From an uncultured delta proteobacterium (GTDB lineage: Bacteria; Myxococcota_A; Polyangia; Polyangiales; Houyiibacteriaceae): a stretch of 64,000 nucleotides of DNA. The number at the start of each line of letters is the position of its first letter. Positions within the stretch are counted from its first letter, which is position 1. The notes beneath the pieces were generated by a model. The model was not told the DNA's origin and ran no database searches. It saw only the letters and a program-made list of their open reading frames with translations. The translations under genes and the position numbers were made by a program. Below are positions 1-8,741 of the stretch, one piece after another. The DNA lies in the NCBI GenBank assembly GCA_963746475.1, contig CAVVBB010000003.1, positions 368,938 through 432,937 on the forward strand, given 5' to 3'.

Positions 1-936
1 CTTGCGCTAGCCTTCGTGCTCTCGACTTGGCTGGGGGCCGTCGCCATCGGGCTGGCCAGTCTTCGAGCCCTGCGGGCGCGAGGCATCGAGCTCGCGCCGA
101 GCTGGCGCTTGCCCGCGGAGCTTCGAAGCTATGCCAGACCCGCCTGGGCCGCGGAGCTTCTCATGGAACTTCAGTTCCGATCGGACACGCTGGTGCTCGC
201 ACTCTTCGTCGAGCCCTCACTGGTCGGCATCTACGGCATCGCCAATCAGTTCGGAAACACGGTCCGCTCCCTGCGAGGAACCCTCTCACCGATGCTCACG
301 GCCCTGTTCTCGGACGCGGCGCATCAGACCCAGCGCTCGCGCCTGGCCGGCACATACACCTACGCGACAACGGTCGCGGTGCTCACGCAACTTCCCCTGG
401 TGGCGCTGTTCGCCGTCTACGGCAGGCCGCTGCTCGCCCTCTTTGGGGAGCAGTACGTCGACGGCTATGCGCCCGTGCTGGTGCTGAGCCTGGGCTGGCT
501 GGCGTACAGCTGGCTCGGGAGCGCGGAGCAAGTGATCGGCGGCTATGGACGCAGCGGCTGGTTGCTGAGCTCGACGGCACTGGGTGTCGGCCTGCAGACC
601 GCCCTTCTCTTCACGCTGTGCCCAGTCTTCGGCCTGCTGGGCGCGTCCCTCGCGGTCGTGCTCACGTTTCTCAGCGTTGGCGCCGCCCAGCTCTACCTGA
701 GCTACCGACTGAATGGGAACCGGCTTCCGCTCACCGCAGCCATCCGTGAACCCGCACGGACGCTGCTGGTCTCGGGTGCAGTCACTGGGCTCTTCTTCGC
801 CTCGTTCCCGGTCGTCGACCCCAACTGGCTGCGCGGTGCCATCGCACTGACCGGCTTCACGCTCGCTTACGCCCCGCTCGCCTGGCGCGCATTGCGCACG
901 AACCCAGCCGCCCTGCCCGGGGCGGCCACGCCGTAG
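1..936 (+). CDS. Polytopic membrane protein, MOP/Wzx-type polysaccharide flippase-like, C-terminal part (5' end outside window)
   Basis: The frame is open from base 1, with no stop before the GTG at 16. The product is 306+ aa of near-continuous hydrophobic helices. Stop TAG is at 934-936, 9 nt before a glycosyltransferase gene. Confidence 0.6.
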   Translation, partial: LALAFVLSTWLGAVAIGLASLRALRARGIELAPSWRLPAELRSYARPAWAAELLMELQFRSDTLVLALFVEPSLVGIYGIANQFGNTVRSLRGTLSPMLTALFSDAAHQTQRSRLAGTYTYATTVAVLTQLPLVALFAVYGRPLLALFGEQYVDGYAPVLVLSLGWLAYSWLGSAEQVIGGYGRSGWLLSSTALGVGLQTALLFTLCPVFGLLGASLAVVLTFLSVGAAQLYLSYRLNGNRLPLTAAIREPARTLLVSGAVTGLFFASFPVVDPNWLRGAIALTGFTLAYAPLAWRALRTNPAALPGAATP

Positions 937-945
937 GAGACGACC

Positions 946-2199
946 ATGAAGATCATCGACGTATGTGAATTCTATTCGGAACAGGGAGGCGGCGTACGCA
1001 CCTACGTCCACCGCAAGCTCGAAGAGGGACGCCGTGCCGGTCACGAAGTGCTCATCGTCGCCCCCGGCGCGCAAGACCGCGAAGAGACTCGCCTGGGTGG
1101 TCGAATCCGCTGGGTCGCGAGCCCGCCCCTTCCGCTGGACCCGCGATACCACATCCTGAGCCGGCAGAAGGCCGTGCATGCCGTGCTCGACGCCGAGTCG
1201 CCGGATCTGATCGAAGCCTCTTCGCCCTGGCTCGGTGGCCGCTTCGTCGCGGGATACCAGAAGCCGATACCGCGCACCCTGGTCTTCCATCAGGACGCGT
1301 CGGCGGTGTACCCGCAGACGCTTCTCGACGGCGTCTTCAGCCCGCCTTGGATCGAGCGGATGATCTCGCCCTACTGGCGCTACCTTCAACGATTGAGCTC
1401 CGCGTTCGATCGGACGATCGTGGCCGGAGACTGGCTGAGGGATCGGATCGAGACCTACGGCGTGCAGCGTGCGCATACGGTCCGCTTCGGCATCGAGAAG
1501 TCCCTGTTCTATCCGGAGCGACGAAGCTCGACACTGCGGCGGTCCCTGCTCGCCAAATGCGGGCTAGGCGACGACGCGCGTCTCCTCGTCGCGGTCGGGC
1601 GCCATCATCCCGAGAAGCGCCTCGGAACCCTGATCGAGGCGACCTGGCTCGCGCGCCAGCGCGGACAGAACCTGGGCCTCGTGATCTTTGGCGACGGACC
1701 ACAGCGCGCGCGCATCGAGCGGCAAGCCAGACGCGCGGGCCACGTGCACGTGGCCGGGTTCGCCCGGGACAGAGACGCGCTCGCAGACGCAGTCGCAAGC
1801 GCCGATGTCTTCGTGCACGGAAGCTCGGCGGAGACCTACGGGTTGGTCGTCGCCGAAGCGATCGCCTGCGGTGTGCCGGTCGTCGTTCCGTACGCGGGTG
1901 GAGCCGCGGACCTGACGCGCGACAGTTACGGGGAGACTTATCGTCCCGGCGACGCGACGGGCTGCGCTCTAGCGATCAGCCGCATTCTCGCGCGTGACCC
2001 GGGTTTGCTGCGGGACGGGGCTTTGCACGGCCGGGAGCAGGTCGTTCGAGACGTCCGCGAACACTTCACCGAGCTCTTTGCGACTTACGAGCAAATCATC
2101 GAGACAGGGAGACAGGATGCACAAAATCGCATACTTCGTGCACGGCCGAGGCAAGGGACACGCCAGTCGAACCAGGGTGGTTCTCGCCAAGCTGCGTGA
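946..2199 (+). CDS. Glycosyltransferase, family 4 (GT-B, group 1) like
   Basis: ATG at 946 is preceded by AGGAGA. The N-terminus MKIIDVCEFYSEQGGGVRTYV and the C-terminal ...VHGSSAETYGLVVAEAIACGVPVV (E-x7-E-type region) are typical of GT4 enzymes. Confidence 0.85.
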   Translation: MKIIDVCEFYSEQGGGVRTYVHRKLEEGRRAGHEVLIVAPGAQDREETRLGGRIRWVASPPLPLDPRYHILSRQKAVHAVLDAESPDLIEASSPWLGGRFVAGYQKPIPRTLVFHQDASAVYPQTLLDGVFSPPWIERMISPYWRYLQRLSSAFDRTIVAGDWLRDRIETYGVQRAHTVRFGIEKSLFYPERRSSTLRRSLLAKCGLGDDARLLVAVGRHHPEKRLGTLIEATWLARQRGQNLGLVIFGDGPQRARIERQARRAGHVHVAGFARDRDALADAVASADVFVHGSSAETYGLVVAEAIACGVPVVVPYAGGAADLTRDSYGETYRPGDATGCALAISRILARDPGLLRDGALHGREQVVRDVREHFTELFATYEQIIETGRQDAQNRILRARPRQGTRQSNQGGSRQAA

Positions 2200-3145
2200 A
2201 CGCTACCGCGTCCGAGCGTTTTGCGGCGGTGAAGCCTGGGCGATGCTGCAAGACCTTCCCGAAGTCGAACCCGTGCTGAGCTGCGTCCCCGGACCGCGCA
2301 TGCTGCCGAGCTTTGTAGCCCGAACCGCACAAGACCTGCGCGAGCTGCACCAGTGGGCACCCGATCTTCTCGTGAGCGACGGCGACGCCCCGTCCATTCA
2401 CGCCTCCCGCGCGCTCCGGATCCCGAGTGTGGCCGTGGGACACGGCCTGATCTTCCAGCACGCCGAGCTCGGCACTCGTTTGCCTTGGCGGAAGCATTGG
2501 CGCGAAGTGGCCAACGCGATGAGCAGCTCCTGGCCTGCGCAGCGACGAGTGGCGGTGCACTTCGCGCCGGCCGAGCCGCGCACCCGCGGAACGATCCTGG
2601 CGCGCCCAGACTTGCCCGACACCCTGCGCCCGAGCGTGCGTCGAGAAGACTTCGTGCTCGCCTACTTCCGGGACGACAACGGCTCGGAGCTCATGGCTCG
2701 GCTGGTACGGCGGGGGCATCGTGTGTTGTGCTTCGGTCGCAGCACGCGGGTCCCGAGCGGCGTGGAGGTTCACGCGCCGAGCGTCCATGCATTTGGAGAA
2801 GCGCTCGGGCGCTGCCGGGCCGTGGTCGGCTCCGCAGGAAACCATCTGCCCGCCGAGTGCGCCCTGCTCGGACTGCCCATGCTCGCCCTCTATCGCCGCG
2901 GCGATGCGGAGCAGGAGATGAACGCACGCCTCGTGGAGGCCGGGGGCATCGGTGTGGCTTCGATGTTCGAGCAGGCCTCAGGCGAGCTGCTCCGACGGTT
3001 CGAAGCCGAGCTCGATCGATCCCGACAAAACTTGGCGGACAAAACGCAAGCCATGACCCCCGCATCCGTCGCCATCCCTCGAGTCATCCGCGATGAGCTG
3101 AACGGGGACACGCGCCTGACCGACATCGCCCTGGCCCACTGCTGA
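2117..3145 (+). CDS. Glycosyltransferase, MurG/UDP-glycosyltransferase-like GT-B fold
   Basis: The internal ATG at 2117 gives MHKIAYFVHGRGKGHASRTRVV, a G-rich loop typical of the MurG-like N-terminus. The track ORF starts at 1994, but its first 41 aa look like read-through. The gene overlaps the upstream GT4 tail by 83 nt. Confidence 0.65.
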   Translation: MHKIAYFVHGRGKGHASRTRVVLAKLRERYRVRAFCGGEAWAMLQDLPEVEPVLSCVPGPRMLPSFVARTAQDLRELHQWAPDLLVSDGDAPSIHASRALRIPSVAVGHGLIFQHAELGTRLPWRKHWREVANAMSSSWPAQRRVAVHFAPAEPRTRGTILARPDLPDTLRPSVRREDFVLAYFRDDNGSELMARLVRRGHRVLCFGRSTRVPSGVEVHAPSVHAFGEALGRCRAVVGSAGNHLPAECALLGLPMLALYRRGDAEQEMNARLVEAGGIGVASMFEQASGELLRRFEAELDRSRQNLADKTQAMTPASVAIPRVIRDELNGDTRLTDIALAHC

Positions 3146-3159
3146 GATCGAGGATACCG

Positions 3160-5622
3160 ATGAGACGCTCTTACCTGCTCTTGGCCCTGGCGGTGACCCT
3201 GTCACTCGGCGGAGCTGCGCTCGCGAGCCGCTTGCAACTCGACTCACGAATCGAAGCGCTTCTTCCGAGCGACTCGCCGTCCGTTCGCGCGCTCGGCACG
3301 CTTCGTGCCCGCCTCGGCATCGACGAGCCGCTGACGATTCTAGTCGATTCCGACGACCCGCAGCGGAGCGCCCACATCGTCGATGCACTGGCGGCTGAGC
3401 TGCAGCAGTGGGACGAGACGCAATGGGTGATGACCGAGTACGGCGTGGAAGCACTGATCGACAGGGCCTTGTTCTACGTCGACTACGAGACCTTGCAGGA
3501 GTGGAACGAGCTCGCCGCGGAGGCGATGGACTGGGAGGTCTGCAAGGCCTCGCCTTTCTGCGTGACCATCGCCGACCCGCCCGAGCTCCCGAGCAGCGAC
3601 GAGGTGCGGGAGGCCATCGAGCGTTCCGCGGCCGGCGCGGCGCTCAAGGAGCTCACCGGAGTGGCGTCTCGGCAAACCCCAGCGGCCTCTCCGACGCAAG
3701 GAGGCCAGCGGCTGTGCGATGACAGCGGCCGGATCTGCGCGGTGCAGGCCATGATGAAGGGATCTGCGGGCGACCTCGGCTATGCACAGCACATCAAGGC
3801 CAAGGCCGAGGCGCTCATCGCCGAGCTGAGCCCGGCTGGCAGCGCGAACGCGCGCATCGTCGTCAGCGGTCGGTACCGAAACGCACCACTCGAGCACGAA
3901 ATCACGCGCGCAGACCTGTCGCGCGTCTCGCTCATCGCCTTCGCGGGTCTCATGCTCATCGTGCTCGCCTTCTTTCGGGACCTGCGCGCACTGCTCCAAC
4001 TGAGCCTGCCCGTCCTGAGTGGCCTGGCCGCCAGTCTGGGGCTCATCGCGCTCATTGAACCGAGGATCAATCTCATTAGCGCCTCCGCGCTCGCGATCCT
4101 GGCTGGGATGGGCATCGACTTCGGGATCCATTTGCTCATGCACTTTCGCGCCGCTCGCGCGGACGGGGCGCAGACGCAGACCGCTGCCTTGGACAGCGTA
4201 CGCGGCCTCTGGGTCTCTCTGCTCGTCGCGGGCCTGACCACTGCCTGTGGGTTCGCAGCCCTGGCCATCAGCGACTTTCAGGGCTTCTCTCAGATGGGCT
4301 GGATGGCCTCACTCGGGATCGTCGTGTGCCTGCTTTGGACGCTCGCCAGCTTCCCCGGCCTGATGCTGCTCATTCCCGGAGGCCTCGGACGACGCTTCGA
4401 GGCGCGCGCCGCGCAAAACGGAGCCAGACGCCACTGGGCTCTGGGCGTGCTCCTGCTCGCCTTCATCTGCGTGCCGCTCACTCTGCCCGTGGAGTTCGAA
4501 CGCGACTTCCAAGCCCTTCGGCCGTCGTCGATCAGCCACGGCATCGACTCGGCGAGTGTCATGCGCGCGCGCAAAGGCGTGTCCGTGTATGTGATCGGGG
4601 ACGACCAGGTCTCGGTCGAAGCCGCGCTGGACGCCGACAAGCTCAGCGCGAGCGCCGGCGACGCCCTCGGCCTGAAGCCCACGGTCGTCTCGGCCAGCGC
4701 GCTCTTCACACGCGACGCCGACGCCAAGGCTGCGCTCATCCAGAACATGAGAGACACCCTGGAGCGCGCCCGAAAGAAGGCCGAAGGGCGAGAGGACAGC
4801 GCGCAGCTCGCCGAGCTCGCGGAGTTCGAGCCCTGGCTGGCGGTCGAGGGCAAGCCAGAGCCTTCGCAGCTCCCGCCCTGGCTAGCTTCCGCGCTCGTCG
4901 ACGTCGAGGGCCAGATCGGGCACAGCGGCATCCTCTACCTACAGATGCGTGGCAGCGACGCAGAGGCCATGGAGCGGCTCGCCCGCTGGCTCCAGCAGCA
5001 GCGCGAGGCGCACCCGCAAGTCAGCTTCGCCTCCGCCGAGCCTCTACTCGGCGAAATCACGCCCTCACTCCAACGCGACGCGCCCTTCATCCTGGCGCTC
5101 GTGTTCCTCGGGCTCATCCTGGCCACCGCCCTGGCGAGTCGTTCCTACGCCGTCACGCGGGACGTGGTGCTGGCCACACTGCTGACGGGCTTGCTTCTGC
5201 TCGCGGCCCTGCGGCTGTTCGACTTGAAGCTCCACCTCTACAACCTCTTGGCCCTACCCGTGGTCATCGGCTTGGCCGTGGACGGTGCCGTCCATGTGCG
5301 CTGGGCGCGGACCCATGCAGACCCCGCTCACCGCTACACCGCGTACCGTGCCGTCGCGGCCTCGACGCTCACTTCGCTCGTAGCCTTCCTGAGCCTGCTC
5401 ACGGCGGAGAGTCCCGGTCTACGGTCACTCGGCCTGCTCGGCGCCCTCGGCCTGGCCCTCTCACTGCTGGTGAATCTACTCTGGCTGCGTGACTGGTGCC
5501 CGGTGGAGCCGGCCATGGGCACGGCGTCTGGACGACAGCCGGCAGGAGACCCTGGCCCGCCGGCGACCGGGGCGCAGTTTTCCGACATGGAAACCTTTGA
5601 CAGTCAGGGAGCCACAGGCTAG
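3160..5622 (+). CDS. RND-superfamily / MMPL-type exporter (HpnN-like lipid or glycolipid exporter)
   Basis: 820 aa with an N-terminal anchor. It has two transmembrane bundles, each preceded by a large soluble domain, with internal-repeat motifs ...AGMGIDFGIHLLMHF... and ...VIGLAVDGAVHVRW.... Confidence 0.75.
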   Translation: MRRSYLLLALAVTLSLGGAALASRLQLDSRIEALLPSDSPSVRALGTLRARLGIDEPLTILVDSDDPQRSAHIVDALAAELQQWDETQWVMTEYGVEALIDRALFYVDYETLQEWNELAAEAMDWEVCKASPFCVTIADPPELPSSDEVREAIERSAAGAALKELTGVASRQTPAASPTQGGQRLCDDSGRICAVQAMMKGSAGDLGYAQHIKAKAEALIAELSPAGSANARIVVSGRYRNAPLEHEITRADLSRVSLIAFAGLMLIVLAFFRDLRALLQLSLPVLSGLAASLGLIALIEPRINLISASALAILAGMGIDFGIHLLMHFRAARADGAQTQTAALDSVRGLWVSLLVAGLTTACGFAALAISDFQGFSQMGWMASLGIVVCLLWTLASFPGLMLLIPGGLGRRFEARAAQNGARRHWALGVLLLAFICVPLTLPVEFERDFQALRPSSISHGIDSASVMRARKGVSVYVIGDDQVSVEAALDADKLSASAGDALGLKPTVVSASALFTRDADAKAALIQNMRDTLERARKKAEGREDSAQLAELAEFEPWLAVEGKPEPSQLPPWLASALVDVEGQIGHSGILYLQMRGSDAEAMERLARWLQQQREAHPQVSFASAEPLLGEITPSLQRDAPFILALVFLGLILATALASRSYAVTRDVVLATLLTGLLLLAALRLFDLKLHLYNLLALPVVIGLAVDGAVHVRWARTHADPAHRYTAYRAVAASTLTSLVAFLSLLTAESPGLRSLGLLGALGLALSLLVNLLWLRDWCPVEPAMGTASGRQPAGDPGPPATGAQFSDMETFDSQGATG

Positions 5623-5658
5623 AAGTGCCCTCCTCGAAGGCGAAGCCTTCAAGCCCAA

Positions 5659-5735
<77 letters not shown>

Positions 5736-5770
5736 AAGCCCAGCTCATTCGAGCTGGGCTTTGCTCTTTC
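5736..5770 (+). terminator. Intrinsic terminator hairpin after tRNA-Asp
   Basis: AAAGCCCAGCTC-attc-GAGCTGGGCTTT is a perfect 12-bp stem. It is followed by the T-containing tail gctctttc. Confidence 0.7.
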
Positions 5771-5963
5771 TGGGCCTCGCATCCGGCCGTCCAGCAGTCC
5801 GGCAGTCGAGCTCCGCCGGTAGAGCGACCGGCGCTCCGGGCGGGCACCGCGTCGACTAGCTCCGTCCGCAGTCCCGGCTGAGGAGAGGTCGAGGCTGGTG
5901 CAGGCCTCTTCGTCCCTACTCAAAATCGCTTGCGGAGGGAGGTCCCCAGTGATAGGGAGCCGC

Positions 5964-5984
5964 TATTGATTTTCACTTTCAATA
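5964..5984. promoter_or_regulatory. AT-rich inverted repeat TATTGA-N9-TCAATA upstream of the lipoprotein/imelysin operon (candidate operator)
   Basis: A perfect 6-bp dyad in a locally AT-rich stretch. It ends 17 nt before the ATG at 6001 and just before the CAGGAG Shine-Dalgarno sequence. Confidence 0.3.
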
Positions 5985-6000
5985 TCAGGAGTGCTCCAAA

Positions 6001-7506
6001 ATGAAACCTGTTTGCCTTGTCGTGATGGGAACTCTCGTGCTGTTCGCGAGTCTGGCAGGCTGCGGCGACGACAGCACCCGTAGCGGCGGCCTTGGCGGAA
6101 ACGTAGAGGTCCCGGAGACTTATCAGTTCGAGCGCGACGGCGCTTCGACCGTCGTCCACGACGGACAAACCACGCGCCAGGTCCTCATCGCCGACCTGAG
6201 CGACCTGATGAAGAGCATCAGCGCGGACGTGCTGGCTGGAGAGAACCTGGGTCGCTACGACACGGCGGACGAGGTCTACGCCCTGCTCTTCGCCCTCTAC
6301 TCCGATGGTGCTCTGGCCGACCCCAACCGCGCGATTCCCAGCTTGGTCGCCGAGGGAGACGACACGCTTCAGTCGGTCTACGCCAATCTGGGCGACGCCA
6401 ATTTGAAGGCCAAGCTCGCCGGCAACGATGCCGTGACCGACCACAAAGACTGGGACGGCGACCGACGGGACGACGACCCCGACACGAACGGGGCGCCCCA
6501 ATTCGTCGGCTGGAGTGAGGCGAACCTCGTCATCGACGGCAGCGGAAACACCGGCGAGGTCCGAAGCCCCGAGGCGCTGCTGCTTGGCCTCTTCCACAGC
6601 TTCGCCGACCAGGTCGCCGCCGCTGCGACCGGAAGCTCCCCCTTTCCCATGGACGCGACGCTCCCTCTATACCTGACTCCCGAAGGTCTGGACCTCGCGC
6701 AGCTCGTGCAGAAGTTCCTGCTCGCTGCGGTCAACTTCAGCCAGACGAGCGACGACTATCTCGATGACGACGTCCCAGACAAAGGTCTGCTCGCGCCCAA
6801 CGTGCTGGCTGAGGATGCGAACTACACTCAGCTCGAACACGCTTGGGACGAGGGCTTCGGCTACTGGGGCGCCGCTGCCGACTACAGTGAGTACAGCGAA
6901 GACGAGGTCGCTGGCGAGGGCGGCCGCCCCGAGTACGCCAACGGATACTTCGACAGCGACGACGACGGTCTCATCGACCTGCGGAGCGAGTACAACTTCG
7001 GCGCCTCGGTGAACGCGGCCAAGCGCGACCGCGGAGCCAGCCGGTCGACGGACTTCAGCGCACAGGCCGACCTGGCTTGGAGGACGGGCCGCGCTCTGAT
7101 CACGGACGCCTACGAATCGGGCGACGAAGTCGATCTGGACGCCTTGCGACAGGCACGCCTCGAGGCGCTTCTCAACTGGGAGAAGGCCTACGCGGCCACG
7201 ATGATTCACTACATCAACGAGGTGCTCACGGACATGGACAGCATCGGCGCAGAGTACAGCTTCGCCGACCACGCCAAGCACTGGTCCGAGCTCAAAGGCT
7301 TTGCGCTGAGCATCCAGTTCAACCCCTTTTCGCCGATGTCCGAGGAGGACTTCGGGATCCTCCACGACCGCCTCGGCGACCGACCGGTCGGGGCTTCGCC
7401 CACGAACGCTGAGAACAATTCCACGTATCGCGCGGACCTTCAGAACGCACGCGCCCTGATTGGAGAGACCTATGGCTTCGACTCAGACAACATCGACAAC
7501 TGGTGA
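6001..7506 (+). CDS. Secreted acidic lipoprotein, unknown function (possibly the DUF4856-type partner of imelysin loci)
   Basis: Signal peptide with lipobox LAGC. Asp-rich segments include DDYLDDDVPDKG and FDSDDDGLIDL. It is the first gene of a tightly packed operon. The family name comes from memory of the usual gene neighbourhood and was not verified. Confidence 0.65.
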   Translation: MKPVCLVVMGTLVLFASLAGCGDDSTRSGGLGGNVEVPETYQFERDGASTVVHDGQTTRQVLIADLSDLMKSISADVLAGENLGRYDTADEVYALLFALYSDGALADPNRAIPSLVAEGDDTLQSVYANLGDANLKAKLAGNDAVTDHKDWDGDRRDDDPDTNGAPQFVGWSEANLVIDGSGNTGEVRSPEALLLGLFHSFADQVAAAATGSSPFPMDATLPLYLTPEGLDLAQLVQKFLLAAVNFSQTSDDYLDDDVPDKGLLAPNVLAEDANYTQLEHAWDEGFGYWGAAADYSEYSEDEVAGEGGRPEYANGYFDSDDDGLIDLRSEYNFGASVNAAKRDRGASRSTDFSAQADLAWRTGRALITDAYESGDEVDLDALRQARLEALLNWEKAYAATMIHYINEVLTDMDSIGAEYSFADHAKHWSELKGFALSIQFNPFSPMSEEDFGILHDRLGDRPVGASPTNAENNSTYRADLQNARALIGETYGFDSDNIDNW

Positions 7507-7513
7507 GCCGATT

Positions 7514-8734
7514 ATGCGGCAGCGCTGGAAGAGGGCCGCGCTCTGCCTGTTGCTCGCGACGTCCTTGACCGGATGGAGCGGATGCGGTGGTAGCGGTGAA
7601 GGCGGCCCGGACCCTTCCTGTCTCGAAGGCGACCCGCGTGCGCAGGTCGTGGCCTCCATCGGGCAGTCTCTGATCGTGCCGAGCCAAGAGGCTTTTGCTG
7701 AAAAGGCTGCAGCTCTCGAGAGCGCCCTCCGCACGGCGGCCGCTGCTCCCGAAGATGTGAGCGCGAAAGAAGCCGCGCAGAGCGCGTGGCGCGAAGCCAT
7801 GACTCAGTGGCAGGCCGTCGAGTTGATGCTCGTGGGCCCCGCTCTTCCATCGGACAAGATGGGCGGCCAAAATCTGCGAAGCCAGATCTACAGCTGGCCC
7901 AACACGAGTCTTTGCCTCGTCGACCAGCAGACGGTGCAGGACGGGCACGACGACCCGAACGCTTTGGCCGAGATCGCCGGCGGACCACGTGGCCTGTCCG
8001 TCATCGAGTACTTGCTGTTCACAGACGGCACCGAGCACCACTGCACCCCACTGCACAGCATCAACGAGGTCTGGGAGACGATGCTGGATGAGCTTTCCGA
8101 ACGGCGTCTGGCGTATGCGGCCGCGCTGGCCGAGCTGGCTCGGCAGAGTGCAGACGAGCTCGTCGAGGCCTGGTCACCGGAGGGCGGCAACTTCATTCGA
8201 GAGCTCAGCGATCCCTGTCGGCGCGACTCCGTGTACGGCACCGCCCAGGAGGCGCTCAACGAGATTTCCAACGGCATGTTCTACCTCGACGGCGAGACCA
8301 AGGACATGAAGCTCGGCGAACCGGCCGGCCTCAGCCTGAACGACCCGGACGTCTGCCCGGAGATCGGAACATGTCCCGCGCTTCTGGAGTCCCCCTGGGC
8401 GGAGCACAGCAAGCAGAACGTCGTCGCCAACCTCGAGGCCTTTCAGACGCTGTTTCTCGGTGCGGCGCCGGGCACCGATGAGCCTGGCTTCGACGACCTG
8501 CTCGCCAGCGTGAATGCCGCGGACGTCTCCACGAGCATGAGCTCGGCGATCGCGGATGCCATCGTCGCGGCAGAGGCCATCCCCGGCACCCTGAAGGACG
8601 CGCTCGAGAGCGACTTTGCTGCAGTTCAGGCCGCCTATGACAAGACCAAGAGCGTGACCGATCTGCTGAAGAACGAGTTCCTCTCGGCACTCGACCTCTC
8701 CATGCCCGATCGGGCCGCGGGCGACGACGACTGA
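7514..8734 (+). CDS. Imelysin-like (peptidase M75 / IrpA-like) periplasmic lipoprotein
   Basis: ATG at 7514 gives MRQRWKRAALCLLLATSLTGWSGC (lipobox). The helical two-lobe signature WREAMTQWQAVELMLVGP and GLSVIEYLLF matches the imelysin GxHxxE region, with Ser in place of His. Confidence 0.75.
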   Translation: MRQRWKRAALCLLLATSLTGWSGCGGSGEGGPDPSCLEGDPRAQVVASIGQSLIVPSQEAFAEKAAALESALRTAAAAPEDVSAKEAAQSAWREAMTQWQAVELMLVGPALPSDKMGGQNLRSQIYSWPNTSLCLVDQQTVQDGHDDPNALAEIAGGPRGLSVIEYLLFTDGTEHHCTPLHSINEVWETMLDELSERRLAYAAALAELARQSADELVEAWSPEGGNFIRELSDPCRRDSVYGTAQEALNEISNGMFYLDGETKDMKLGEPAGLSLNDPDVCPEIGTCPALLESPWAEHSKQNVVANLEAFQTLFLGAAPGTDEPGFDDLLASVNAADVSTSMSSAIADAIVAAEAIPGTLKDALESDFAAVQAAYDKTKSVTDLLKNEFLSALDLSMPDRAAGDDD

Positions 8735-8741
8735 GACCGAG

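Noticed and set aside
286-1476. Long antisense ORF (396 aa) overlapping the flippase and GT4 genes. Many similar track ORFs exist, for example 1347..1997, 8331..9203, 19995..21116, 33420..34247, 34702..35613, 39129..40202 and 61220..62104.
   Set aside because: They are Arg/Pro/Gly/Ala-rich low-complexity translations that lie opposite, or out of frame to, genes with clear catalytic motifs. This is the expected consequence of stop-codon scarcity in a genome of about 67% GC. None has recognisable motifs or start-site context.
2117-2199. An 83-nt overlap between the GT4 gene's 3' end and the next glycosyltransferase gene, considered as a possible frameshift or fusion.
   Set aside because: Both proteins look complete. 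The GT4 conserved region ends near ...ELFATYEQII, and the remaining tail appears to be fortuitous read-through to the first stop. There is no evidence for a fusion or a broken gene.
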